64,000 nucleotides of DNA from the human T2T-CHM13v2.0 reference genome, Homo sapiens: assembly GCF_009914755.1 (NCBI RefSeq), contig NC_060925.1. One strand, written 5' to 3'. Below, one piece after another: positions 17,465 through 31,135 of the stretch. Position numbers and translations under genes: made by a program. Position 1 is the first letter of the stretch; every line of letters begins with the position of its first letter. The notes under the pieces are model-generated. The model was not told the DNA's origin and made no database searches. It saw only the letters and a program-made list of their open reading frames with translations.

Positions 17465-20400
17465 GGGTTTCTTCAAGATGGCTGACTAGAAGCATCTCAA
17501 TCATGCCTCATTCATTAGAAAACTCCAAAGAGTGTGTAGACAATCTCACTTTGAATATATTATTCAAAAGGGAACACGAAAGTTCAACAAAAAAAGTTAC
17601 AAGACACACCTAAAACTAGAAAGGATAAAGAAAACAGACAGCCTGCTTGGCTGGAATCAGCTGGGAACCAGGAGTGATCCCCAGTATAAGAGAGGGTGGA
17701 TGAGAGTCTTTCTGCAGTCCATTTTCACTGAACCATTTTCCACTGGATGAATCATACAATCCAGGCCATGGGAGACCACCATGACCTTCCCAAGATCTGA
17801 ATCTAACTTAGAGAGCAGCCAAGAGACCGTGAGAAGAAATGGCTCCACAGAGGGAACTCTGAGTCCCACACTTTTTCTGTAACCTAAGCAGATACAGTAA
17901 GATGCCATTCTCAATCCTAGCTTAAAACAGACTGTGCACTGTCCTGGGAACCAATGGTGCCGGTCCTGGGAATTAAGGAAACTCAGGCTGCTGCTTGCAG
18001 AACTAGGGCATGAGCAGGAGGTAGGCTTCTGCTACCAGAACTGAGAAGTCAGTGTGGCATGGACTGCAGCTACCAGTGCTAGAAGCAAACACAGACTTCA
18101 GGTTTTGAGCAGGACAAGAATTGCAACAGAGGCTTGGTGTTGAGCCAGCTTGGGGTTCATATAGCTCTGGGCTGAGTTGCAGGCTAGGCACAAACTGCCA
18201 ACACAGGTCTTATGCATCGGCTGTGACAGGCAGGACTGGGTAGCTAGCCCCTCTGGGACTGTGGTGTGAGAGAGGCATAAGTCCCCCAACCACTGGCCAA
18301 GCCTGCAGCCCTTAGAGCTAGCCTCCCTCCCCTTCATGGCAGGACCTCAGCACAGCAGGGACTGCACCTCACCCAAGCATTCTGCCAGGAGCTTGATGAT
18401 CACCACACCCCTACCCATCATGGCCAGTGCATGCACTTGCCACTGGGAGACCTCAGTGCAAGCTTACTCAGTCCATCTCTGCCTGGCTTCGGCCCCCTCC
18501 CCTCTGACACAGAGTGTAGGATCCAGGGTCCTGGGGATTAGACAACCCAATCCACCACCTGAGACACCCTAGCACTCCTCCTGGGACACTGAGGTTGGGC
18601 ATAAACACCCTACTACCACCTCCTCTGGCTCCTATCTGCAAACACCTCCTGCTGGCCTGAAGGCTGGCCTACACAACTCATTGTACCCACTGCCAACATA
18701 AGCACACAGCCCTTGGGAACCAGAAGAGCATCTCAACAGTGCTACTGCCATTGCCCATGCCAATCCATCTGCCCAAGGGCTCCAGAGGTAGCTCACCTGC
18801 CCAGTACATTGCTAAGCTGTCTATAGTCAAGAGAAAAAGTGAATTATAAAACAGCAAGAGAAAACATTCTCGTCATCTGTAAAGGAAACTCCATCAGACT
18901 AAAAGTGGACTTCTCAGCAGAGAAGCTACAGGCTAGAAGAGAATGGGATAATATTTTCAAGTGCTGAAAGAAAAAAAGTGGGCAGCCAAGAATTCTATAT
19001 TCAGCAAGATTAACCTTCATAAATGAAGGAGAAATAAAGTATTTCACAGACAAGCAAATTCATCACGACTAGACAGGCTGTTGAAGAAATACTCAAGGGA
19101 GTCCTAAACTTGGAAGTGAAAGGATGACATTAACCTCATGAAAACACACAAAAGTAGAAAACTCACTGATAAAGCAATCACACAAAGGAGGAAGACAAAG
19201 GAATCAAATGGCACCATCACAGAATTCCACCAAATAAAAACGACAATTGGAGAAAAAGAAAGAAACAGCTAGAAAACCATTAACCATATGACAGGAACAA
19301 AATCCCACATGTCAATATTAACCTTGGATATAAATAGATTAAATGCTCCACTTAAAAGATACAGATTGGCTGAATGGTTTTTTTTAAATGATCAACTATA
19401 TGCTGCTTACAAGAAACTCACTTTACCTGTAAAGACACAGGCTGAAAGTAAAGGAGTGGAAAAGATATTCCATGCAAACAGAAACTAAAAGGAAGCAGGA
19501 GCACCTACATTTATATCAGATAAAACAGACTTTAAGTCAAAAACAGTAATTTTAAAAGAAGACAAAGGAGGTGATTATAGAATGATAAAGGGATCAATCC
19601 ATCAAGAGTATAGAACAATTCTAAATTAAATGCACCCAACACTGGAGAACCCAGGTTCATAAAACAAATCTTACAAGACCTAAAGAGAGAGAGACAGAGC
19701 AATACAATAATAGTAGGGGACTTCAATACCCCACTCACAACATTAGGTGGGTCTTTTAGAGAGAAAATTGACAAAAACATTGAACTTAAATTGTAATTTA
19801 GACCAAATGAATTTAAGCATTTACAGAACTTTCTACTGAACAACTGCAGAATATACATACCTTTTGACAGTCAGTACATGAGGCATTCTCCAAGATAGAC
19901 CACATTTGGCTACAAAATAAGTCTCAACAAATTTTTAAAAATCAAAAATGTATGAAATGTCTTCTAAGCCTACAGGGAAATAAAGCTGGAAATTAATACT
20001 AAGAGAAACTTTGGAAACTATATAGATGCATGAAAATTAAACAACATGCTGCTGAACAACCATTAGGTCAATGATGAAATTACCAAAACCTGTGAGATAC
20101 TGCAAAAGCAGTGCTAACAGGAAAGTTCATAGCATTAAATGCTTACAATAAAAATGTAGAAATATTACAAATTAACAATTAACAATGTACTTCAAGGAAC
20201 AAGAAGAGCAGGAGTCAACTAAATGTTAACTTAGTAGAAGAAAAGAAATAAAGATCAGAGCAGAATTAAATGGAGACTAAAAGCACAAAGCATAAATGAA
20301 ATGAAAAAAATGGCTTTTGAAAAAGATAAACAAAATTGATAAGCCACTAGCTAGACTAACCAAGAAGAGAGAAGACCCAAATAAATAATATCAAAAATGA

Positions 20401-23400
20401 AAAATGACACAGTACAACTGATACCACAGAAATACAAAAGATCATCAGAGACTATTAAGAACAACTATATGTTAACAAACTGGAAAACCAAGAGGAAATG
20501 GATAAATTTCTGGAAACATACAACCTCCCAAGATTGAACCAGGAAGAAATAGAAAACCTGAACAGATCAATAACAAATAGTGAGATTCAATTAGTAATAA
20601 TAAAAAAAAATACCAAGAAAGAAAAGCCCAGGGCCAGATGGATTCAAAGCCAAATTCTTCCAAACATACAAAGAAGAACTAATACCAATCATTGGGTAAT
20701 TGTTCCACAAAACTGAGGAGAAGGGAATTCTCCCTTACTCATTCTATGATGCCATTATCTCCCTGATACTAAAACCAGACAAGGACAAAACAAAAAAGGA
20801 AAACCACAGGCCAATGTCTCTGATGAACATAGATGCAAAAATCCTCAACAAAATAGCCGCAAACTAAATTAAAAGCACATCAAAAAGATAATGTATCATG
20901 ATCAAGTAGGTTTCATATCAGGAATGCAGAAACTAAAAGCGAGCAGGAGCACCTACGTTTATACCAGATAAAACAGACTTCAAGTCAAAAACAGTAATGA
21001 AAAAAAGACAAAGAAGGTGATTATAGAATGATAAAGGGATCAATCTATCAAGAGTATGGAACAATTCTAAATTATATGCACCCAATATTGGAGAACCTAG
21101 ATTCATAAAACAAATCTTATAAGACCTAAAGAGAGAGATAGCGAGCAACACAATAATAGTAGAGGACTTCAATACCCCACTCACATTAGGCAGGTCATTT
21201 AGACAGAAAATTAACAAAAACATTGAATTTAAACTGTAATTTAGACCAAATGAATTTAAGAGGCATTTACAAAACATTCTACTGAACAACTGCAGAATAT
21301 GCATACTTTTCAACAATCAGTTCATGAGTCATTCTCCAAGATAGACCACATGTTTGGCTACAAAACAAGTCTCAGCAAATTTTTAAAAATCAATGCATGG
21401 ATGGTTCAACATATGCAAGTCAATAAATGTGTTATATCACATAAACAATCAAGGACAATAAACCATATGATCTTCTCATAGATGCAGAAAAAACATTTGA
21501 TAAAACTTAGCATCAAAATAGACATAGAAGAACCGCATCTCAAAATATATATGACAAACCCACAGTTAGCATCATACTGAATACAGAAAAGTTAAGCCTT
21601 TCCTCCAAGACTGGAACAAGACAAGGATGCCCACATTACACTTCTAGTCAACATTATACTGGAAGTTCTAGCCAGAGCAATTAGGCAAGAGAAGGAAATA
21701 AAAGGCATCCAAATTGGTAAAGAGGAAGTCAAATTATCCCTGTTTGCTGATGATGTGACTTTATATCTAGAGAAACCTAAGACTCCACCAAAAAGATTTG
21801 ATCATGAATTAAAGTTGCAAGATACAAAATCAATGTACAAAAATTAGTAGTATTTCTATACACCAATAATTATCTATGTAAGAAAGAAATCAAAAAGACA
21901 ATTCCATTTAAAATAACTACAAAAAAATACCCAATAGATTTTACCAAGAAGGTGAAAGAAAGATCTCTACAAAGAAAACTACAAAACACTGATGAAATAA
22001 ATTGTGGATAACAAAAACAAATGGAAAAACATTCCATGCTTATAGATCAGAGGAATTAATATCATTAAAATGGCCATATTGCCCAAAGCAATTGACAGAT
22101 TTAATGCAATCCCTATCAAAATATCAACATCATTTTTCACGGAACTAGAAAAAAAAAAACAATTCTTAAATTCGTGTGGAACCAAAAAGAGCACAAATAG
22201 CCAATGCAATCTTAAACAAAAAGAACAAAGCTGGAAGCATCATGTTACCTGACTTTAAATTCTATTACAAAGCTATAGTAACTGAAACAGCATGGTACTG
22301 GTATAAAAACGGATGCATACATCAATGGAACAGAATGAAGGACTCAGAAATAAAGCCACACATTTACAGCCAGCTGATCTTTGACAAGCCAACAAGAACA
22401 TACTTTGGAGAAAGGCCAACTTTTTCAATAAAAGGTGCTCGAACAATTAGATTGCCATATGAAACAGTAAAAAACTGGGCCCCTATCTCTCACCATATAC
22501 AAAATCAACTCAAGATGGATTAAAGACAGACATTTGAGAGACCAAGGCAAGAGGATCACTTGAGGCCAGGAGTTTGAGACCAGCCTGGGCGACATAGACC
22601 TGTTTCTAAAAAAAAAAAAAGCTAGCAAGGTGTGTTAGTGCATGCCTGTAGTCCTAGTTACTTGGGAGGCTGAGGTAAAGGGCCACTTGAGCCCAGGAAT
22701 TCAAAGTTGCAGTGAGTTACGATCACCCCCACTGCACTCCAGCCTGGGTAACAGAGAGAGACACTATCTCAAGAAAACAAAGCAAAACAAAACAAAAACT
22801 CCAACTATGAAAAATATCAGAAAAAAATCCTAGGAAAAACTTTTCTGGACATTGGCCTAGGCAAAGAATTTAGGACTAAGACCTCAAAAGCATATGCAAA
22901 AAACGAAAATAGACAAATGAGATTTTATTAAACTGAAAAGCTTCTGCGCAGCAAAAGAAATAATCAACAGAGTAAAAAAACCAACCTGAGAATGGAAGAA
23001 AATATTCACAAACTATTGATCTGACAGGGAACTAATATCCACAATATACAAGGAACTCAACAACAAAAACAATTCCAAGTAAAAGTGGGTAAGGTATATG
23101 AGTAGACATTTTTAAAAGGAAGACAGACCAATGGCCAAGAAGTATATGAAAAATGTTTGACATCACTAATCATCATAGAAATGCAAATTAAAACCACAAT
23201 GTAATATCACCTTGCTCCAATCAGAATGTCTATTATTAAAAATAAATAAACAACATGTTGGCAAGGATGCAGAGAAAAGAGGATGCTTATACACTATTGG
23301 TGGGAATGCAAATTAGTACCACCTATGAAAAAAGTGTGACAATTTCTCAAGGAACTAAAGATACAACAGTTCAGTCCAGAAATCTCACTACTGGGTGTCT

Positions 23401-23920
23401 ACCAAAAGGAAAAGAAATCAATGTACCAAAAACATATCTGCACTGGTTTGTTTATCACAGCACTGTTCACAATAGCAAAGACATGGAATCAACCTAAGTG
23501 TCCATCAACAGATGAATGCATAAAGAAAGTCGGGTATAGATGTACAATGGAATACTATTCAGCCATTAAAAAGAATGAAATCATGATTTTGCAGCAAAAT
23601 GGATGAAACTGGAGGTCATTATTTTAAGTGAAACAAACCAAGCACAGAAAGTCAACTTTCACATGTTCTCACTCATAATTGGGTGCTGAAAACTGTGTAA
23701 AAATAGATGTAGAGATTGGAATGATAGACAATGCATACTTGGAAGGGTGAGGGCATGAAGGGGTGTATTTGTTGAGAAATTAGTTAATAATTAGTTAATA
23801 GGTACCATGTGCGTTAACTGAGTGATGAATACTGTAAAATCCCTGATGTGGCCACTACACAATCCATGCATGTAACAAAACTGCACATGTACCCCATAAA
23901 TTTGTACAAATGTTTTTAAA
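17465..23920 (+). mobile_element. Near full-length L1PB (PB4-like) with 5'UTR, partly deleted ORF1, degraded ORF2 (ATG 19288) and 3'UTR, inserted in FMO exon 5
   Basis: 5' end caagatggctgactag; MTGTKSHMSILTL ORF2 start; 3' end catgtaacaaaactgcacatgtaccccataaatttgtacaaa. Confidence 0.9.
22531..22800 (+). mobile_element. 5'-truncated AluJ inside the L1PB
   Basis: gaggatcacttgaggccaggagtttgagaccagcc and (AAAAC)n tail. Confidence 0.85.
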
Positions 23921-23927
23921 TAGAATT

Positions 23928-23990
23928 GTACTCAGCATTGGGAATTCCGGAGCAGATATTGCATGTGAACTGTACTACATTACTAAGCTG
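23928..23990 (+). pseudogene. FMO pseudo-exon 5, 3' part (NADPH-binding motif)
   Basis: VLSIGNSGADIACELYYITKL followed by donor GTTTGG, immediately after the L1 3' end. Confidence 0.9.
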
Positions 23991-24554
23991 GTTTGGTACC
24001 CATGCCTCTTCCCCTAGACCATGAGCTGAGTACAATAAGGAACAATTTTTATTCACTTTTGCATTCATAACACCTGTTCAGGGTATGACCCAGAATATGT
24101 ACTCTGAAATATTAATCATTAATTAATTTAAACATTCTGTTCCTAGATGCAAACAATCCTTCAATGTTTTACACAATTCACAGCTCACTTAGAGCCTAGA
24201 CTTCTAGGCATTACTAAGGAATAGTGGCCTCATCCAACTAGGCCATTCATATTTAAATACTTCAAACCTATTTTATTAAAGATAATTAGCCTCCAATAAA
24301 GCCATTTACTTTGGTGCTTGGCGAGACATTAGGAAATGTAAATATTTTGCATACTTCTAAGTTGAGACTTCTGCAAAGAGAGACAGAGAAAAAAGAGAAT
24401 TTTAAGCAAATTTCTAAAGTGTTAGAGAGGATGTAGGAGGTAAAAATGACAAAAACAGATAAAATAATCCATTACTCAATTAAACATTTCTGAGCTAGTA
24501 AAATACAGATCAGCAAAGTGAAATGATTGTTTTGTATTTTTTTCTCTTTTCCAG

Positions 24555-24749
24555 GTGTTCCTTAGCACAAGGTAGAGTGCATGGATATGGAACAGAATCT
24601 GAGATAAGAGGTCACCCACAGATATTGCTGTCTTCACTCACTTTAAGAGTAGTCTGACTTCCTTCCCATTTCTTGATCAACTACTTCTCAGAAAATTAAA
24701 TTAAATGCCAAATTTAACTATGCTATTTATTCTGCAAACCACAGCATGG
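24555..24749 (+). pseudogene. FMO pseudo-exon 6
   Basis: ttccag|VFLSTR*SAWIWNRI*DKRSPTDIAVFTHF...KLNAKFNYAIY..KPQH; two stops and frameshifts. Confidence 0.9.
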
Positions 24750-24820
24750 ATATGGTGTAGGATTTAATTTAAACTTCACAATTGGGGTAGGTTAAACAAC
24801 CAGACATAGAATGTAAATTT

Positions 24821-25115
24821 ATTTTGGTAGGGGGAGACAGAGTTTCCCTCCGCTTCCCAGGCTGGAGCGCAACGGGGTAATCTCGGTTCACTGCAACCTC
24901 TGACTTCTGGGTTCAAATGATTCTTGTGCCTCAGCCTCCCGAGTATCTGGGATTACAGGCATAAGCCACCATGCCCAACTAATTTTTTTATTTTTAGTAG
25001 AGACAGGGTTTCGTCATGTTGGTCAGGCTAGTCTCGAACTCCTGGCCTTAAGTGATCTGCCCACCTCGGCCTCCCAAAGTGCTGGGATTACAGGCATGAG
25101 CCAAGTCACCTGGCC
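24821..25115 (-). mobile_element. AluS
   Basis: TSD agaatgYaaattt at 24808-24820 and 25116-25128. Confidence 0.92.
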
Positions 25116-25514
25116 AGAATGCAAATTTTAAGCCTGATGGGTACCTTACAGAGTTCCAGTTTTAAAAGCATTACAAGAACCTTGATCAAATCAGTACTGT
25201 GTGGAGGAGATGTGCACCACCTCTTCTTATTTACCTCTGGGAGATGGTACTCAGTAAGCACAGGAGGGAGAAATTCAGTCCCTAAAATGTCACAGCATCT
25301 TCGATTGTTCCCACTTTATGTACATTGTACTACCTTTGTTCCCCCTTGGCTATTATTTATTTTTGGTTGTTGGCACAAAAGATGGACGCACACACAACTT
25401 TATATCTCCCATCATGATACTTATTACTATATTGTAACTCCGAGAGATAAACACCTCCGTAACCTCAACACCTATCATGCACTTAGCACTCAGTAAATTT
25501 TCACTTAACTAATT

Positions 25515-25873
25515 TGATATGGTTTGGCTCTGTGTCCCCACCCAAATCTCATCTCAAATCTGCAGGTGTCCAGGGAAGGACGTAGTGGGAGGCGATTGGA
25601 TCATGTGGGCAGTTTCTGCCATGCTATTCTCACGACAGTGGGTGAGTTCTCATGAGATCTGATGGTTTAAAAGTGTTTGGTAGTTCCTTCCTCTCTCTCT
25701 CTCTCCTGCCACCATGTAAGACACGTCTTGCTTTCCCTTTGCCTTTTGCCAGATTGTAAGTTTTCTGAGGCCTTCCCAGCCATGTGGAACTGTGAGTCAA
25801 TTAAACTTCTTTTCTTTATAAATTACCCAGTCTCAGGTGGTTCTCTATAGCAGTGTGAAAATGGACTAATACA
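25515..25873 (+). mobile_element. MaLR solo LTR (THE1D/MSTA-like)
   Basis: Begins tgatatggtttggct, ends ggactaataca; 5-bp TSD taatt on both sides. Confidence 0.92.
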
Positions 25874-25902
25874 TAATTCATCAAGAAAAACTTACATAAT
25901 TT

Positions 25903-26194
25903 GGCCAGGTGCAGTGACTTATGCCTGTAATCCCAGCCCTTTGGAAAACCAAGGGGAGAGAATCACTTGAGCTCAAGAGTTTGAGACCAGCCCGGGTAAC
26001 ATAGGGAGAAAATCTCTACAAAAAAATAAATTTAGAAAAATTAACCAGGCATGATTTGACATGCCTGTGGTCCCAGCTACTCAGGAAGCTGAGATGGGAC
26101 AACCACTTGGGCCCGGGAGGCTGAGAGTGCAGTGAGCCACGATCGTGCCATTGCACTTCAGCCTGGGTGACAGAATAAGATCCTATCTCAAAAA
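25903..26194 (+). mobile_element. AluJ
   Basis: Diverged dimer; TSD approximately gaaaaactYaYataattt. Confidence 0.9.
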
Positions 26195-29100
26195 GAAAAA
26201 CTCATATAATTTAATGTAAATTCTTTCTTAATTAGTTAATATAAAGAAGGATAGCCATACACTCCCACAGACACTGTTGCAATCACACGAGTCTTAATAT
26301 GATCATTTTTGTCCTCTCATTTTGTAATGTAATAGGTCTTTCTACTTGACTACATTAGTAACATTTACCTTTATACTGTCACTTTTTTGTTTTTTCTTTT
26401 TTTATTATTATTAAACTTTAAGTTCTGGGTTACATGTGCAGAACATGCAGAATTGTTACATAGGTATACACATGCCATGGTGGTTTGCTGCACCCATCAA
26501 CCCGTCACCTACATTAGGTATTTCTCCTAATGTTTTCCCTCCGCTAACCCCCCACCCCCCACAGGCCCCAGTGTGTGATGTTCCCCTCCTTGTGTCCATG
26601 TGTTCTCATTGTTCAACCCCCACTTATAAGTGAGAACATGCAGTGTTTGGTTTTCTGATCTTGTGATAGTTTGCTGAGAATGATGGTTTCAAGCTTCGTC
26701 CATGTCCCCACAAAGGACATGAACTCATCCTTTTTTATGGCTGCATACTATTCCATGGTGTATATGTGCCACATTTTCTTAATCCAGTCTATCATTGATG
26801 GATATTTGGGTTGGTTCCAAGTCTTTGCTATTGTGAATAGTGCTGCAATAAACATATGTGTGCATGTATCTTTAGTGTAGAATGATTTATAATCCTTTGG
26901 GTATATGCCCAGTAATGGGATTGCTGGGTCAAATGGTATTTCTAGTTCTAGATCCTTGATCACCATACTGTCTTCCACAATGGTTGAACTAATTTACACT
27001 CCCACCAACAGTGTAAAAGTGTTCCTATTTTTCCACAACCTCTCCAGCATCTGTTGTTTCCTGACTTTTTAATGATCACCATTCTAACTGGCATGAGATG
27101 GTATCTCATTTGGTTTTGATTTGCATTTCTCTAATGACCAGTGATGATGAGCATTTTTTCATAAGTCTGTTGGCTGCATAAATGTCTTCTTTTGAGAAGT
27201 GTCTGTTCATATCCTTTGCCCATTTTTGATGGGGTTGTTTGCTTTTTTCTTGTAAATTTGTTTAAGTTCTTTGTAGATTCTGGATATTAGCCCTTTGTCA
27301 GATGGATGGATTGCAAAAATGTTCTCCCATTCTGTAGGTTGCCTGTTCACTCTGATGGTAGTTTCTTTTGCTGTGCAGAAGCTCTTTAGTTTAATTAGAT
27401 CCCATTTGTCAATTATGGCTTTTGTTGCCGTTGCTTTTGGTGTTTTAGACATGAAGTCTTTGCCCATGCCTGTGTCCTGAATGGTATTGCTCAGGTTTTC
27501 TTCTAGGATTTTTATGGCTCTAGGTCTTACATTTAAGTCTTTGATCCATCTTGAGTTGATTTTTGTATAAGGTGTAAGGAAGGGGTCCAGTTTCAGTTTT
27601 CTGTATAAGGCTAGCCAATTTTCCCAACACCATTTATTAAATAGGGAATCTTTTCCCCACTGCTTGTGTGTGTCAGTTTTGTCAAAGATCAGATGGTGGT
27701 AGATGTGTGGTGTTATTTCTGAGGCCTCCGTTCTGTTCCATTGGTTTATATACCTGTTTTGGCACCAGTCCCATGCTGTTTTGGTTACTGTAGCCTTGTA
27801 GTAAAGTTTGAAGCCAGGTAGCGTGATGCCTCCAGCTTTGTTTTTCTTGCCCAGGATTGTCTTGGCTATGTGGGCTCTTTTTGGTTACATATGAAGTTTA
27901 AAGTAGTTTTTTTCCAATTCTGTGAAGAAAGGCAGTGGTAGCTTGATGGGGATAACATTGAATCTACAAGTTACTTCAGGCAGTAAGGCCATTTTCACGA
28001 TATTGATTCTTCCTATCCATGAGCATGGAATGTTTTTTCATTTGTTTGTGTCCTCTCTTATTTCCTTGAGCGGTGGTTTGTAGTTCTCCTTGAAAAGGTC
28101 CTTCACATCCCTTGTAAGTTGGATTCCTAGGTATTTTATTCTCTTAGTAGCAATTGTAAATGGGAGCTCACTCACGATTTGGCTCTCTGTTTTTCTGTTA
28201 TTGGTGTATAGGAATGCTTGTGATTTTTGCACATTGATTTTGAATCCTGAAACTTTGCTGAAGTTCTCAGGATCTCAGATCTCTTTGCTGATCTCCTTAT
28301 CAGCTTAAGAAGATTTTGGGCTTAGATGATGGGGTTTTCTAAATATGCAATCATGTCATCTGCAAACAGAGAAAATTTGACTTCCTCTCTTCCTATTTGA
28401 ACACACTTTATTGCTTTCTCTTGCTTGATTGCCCCGGCCAGAACTTCCAATACTATGTTGAATAGGAGTGATGAGAGAGGGCATTCTTGTCTTGTGCCGG
28501 TTTTCAGAGGGAATGCTTCCAGTTTTTGCCCATTCAGTATGATATTGGCTGTGGGTTTGTCATCAATAGCTCATATTATTTTGAGATACGTTCCACTGAT
28601 ACCTAGTTTATTGAGAGTTTTTAGCATGAAAGGCTGTTGAATTTTGTTGAAGGCCTTTTCTGCATCTATTGAGATAATCATGTGGTTTTTGTCGTTGGTT
28701 CTGTTTATGTGATGGATTACGTTTATTGATTTGCATATGTTGTACCAGCCTTGCATCCCAGGGATGAAGCCCACTTGATCACGGTGGATAAGCTTTTTGA
28801 TGTGATGCTGGAATCGGTGTGCCAGTATTTTACTGAGGATTTTCGCATTGATCTTCATCAGGGATATTGGCCTAAAATTCTTTTTTTTCTTTTTTTTCTT
28901 TTTTGTGTCTCTGCCAGGCTTTGGTATCAGGATGATGCTGGCCTCATAAAATGAGTTAGGGAGGATTCCCTCTTTTTCTATTGATTGGAATAGTTTCAGA
29001 AGGAATGGTACCAGCTCCTCTTTGTACTTCTGGTAGAATTCGGCTGTGAATCCATCTGGTCCTGGACTTTTTTTGGTTGGTAGGCTATTCATAATTGCCT

Positions 29101-29458
29101 CAATTTCAGAACCAGTTATTTGTCTATTCAGAGATTCAACATCTTCCTGGTTTAGTCTTGGGAGGGTGTATGTGTCCAGGAATTTATCCATTTCTTCTAG
29201 ATTTTCTAGTTTATTTGTGTAGAGGTGTTTATAGTATTCTAATGGTAGTTTGTATTTCTGTGGGATTGGTGGCGATATCCCCTTTATCTTTTTTATTGTG
29301 TCTACTTCATTCTTCTCTCTTTTCTTCTTTGTTAGTCTTGCTAGCAGTGTATCTATTTTGTTGATCTTTTCAAAAAGCCAGCTCCTGGATTCATTGATTT
29401 TTTTGAAGTGTTTTTGTGTTTCTGTCTCCTTCAGTTCTGCTCTGATCTTAGTTATTTA

Positions 29459-29689
<231 letters not shown>

Positions 29690-30362
29690 CTAGTAGTCAT
29701 TCAGGAGCAGGTTGTTCAGTTTCCATGCAGTTGTGTGGTTTGAGGAGATTCTTATTCCTGAGTTTTAATTTGATTGCACTATGGTCTGAGAGACAGTTTG
29801 TTGTGATTTCTGTTCTTTTACATTTGCTGAGGAGTGTTTTACTTCCAATTATATGGTCAATTTTACAATAAGTGCTATGTGGTGCTGCGAAGAATGTCTA
29901 TTCTGTTGATTTGGGGTGGAAAGTTCTCTAGATGTCTATTAGGTCCACTTCGTCCAGAGCCGAGTTCAATTCCTTGATATCCTTGTTAATTTTCTGTCTC
30001 GTTTATCTGTCTAATATTGACAGTGGGATGCTAAAATCTCCCATTATTATTGTGTGGGAGTCTAAGTCTCTTGGTAGGTCTCTAAGAACTTGCTTTATGA
30101 ATGTGGGTGCTCCTGTATTGGGTGCATATATATTTAGGATAGTTAGCTCTTCTTGTTGAATTGATCCCTTTACCATTATGTAATGACCTTCTTTGTCTCT
30201 TTTGATCTTTGTTGGTTTAAAGTCTGTTTTATCAGAGACCAGGATTGCAACCCCTGCTTTTTCTTGCTTTCCATTTACTTGGTAGATCTTCCTCCATCCC
30301 TTTATTTTGAGCCTATGTGTGTCTTTGCACATGAGATGGGTCTCCTGAATACAGCACACTGA

Positions 30363-30695
<333 letters not shown>

Positions 30696-30951
30696 TGGGT
30701 CTTGACTCTTTATCCAATTTGCCCGTCTGTGTCTTTTCAGTGGGGCATTTAGCCCGTTTACATTTAAGGTTAATATTGTTCTGTGTGCATTTTATCCTGT
30801 CATTATGATGCTAGCTGGTTATTTCACCCATTAATTGATGCAGTTTCTTCATAGCATTGATGGTCTTTACAATTTGGCATGTTTTTGCAGTGGCTGGTAC
30901 CGATTGTTCCTATGCTTCCTATCTAGTTTGGTGCTTCCTTCAGGAGCTCTT

Positions 30952-31135
30952 GTTTTGTTTTTTGTTTTTGGTTTTGATTTTGCTTTTGTTTGTTTTTTGT
31001 TTTCTTTTCTTTTCTTTTCTTTTGAGATGGAATCTCACTCTGTCACCAAGGCTGGAGTGCAGTGGCATGATCTCGGCTCACTGCAACCTCTGCCTCTTGG
31101 GTTCAAGTGATTCTCCTGCCTCAGCCACCCAAGTG
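30952..31135 (-). mobile_element. 5'-truncated Alu (part of right arm) inside L1 ORF1
   Basis: ~110 nt of Alu plus a long degenerate tail; perfect 16-bp TSD tccttcaggagctctt at 30936-30951 and 31136-31151. Confidence 0.92.
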
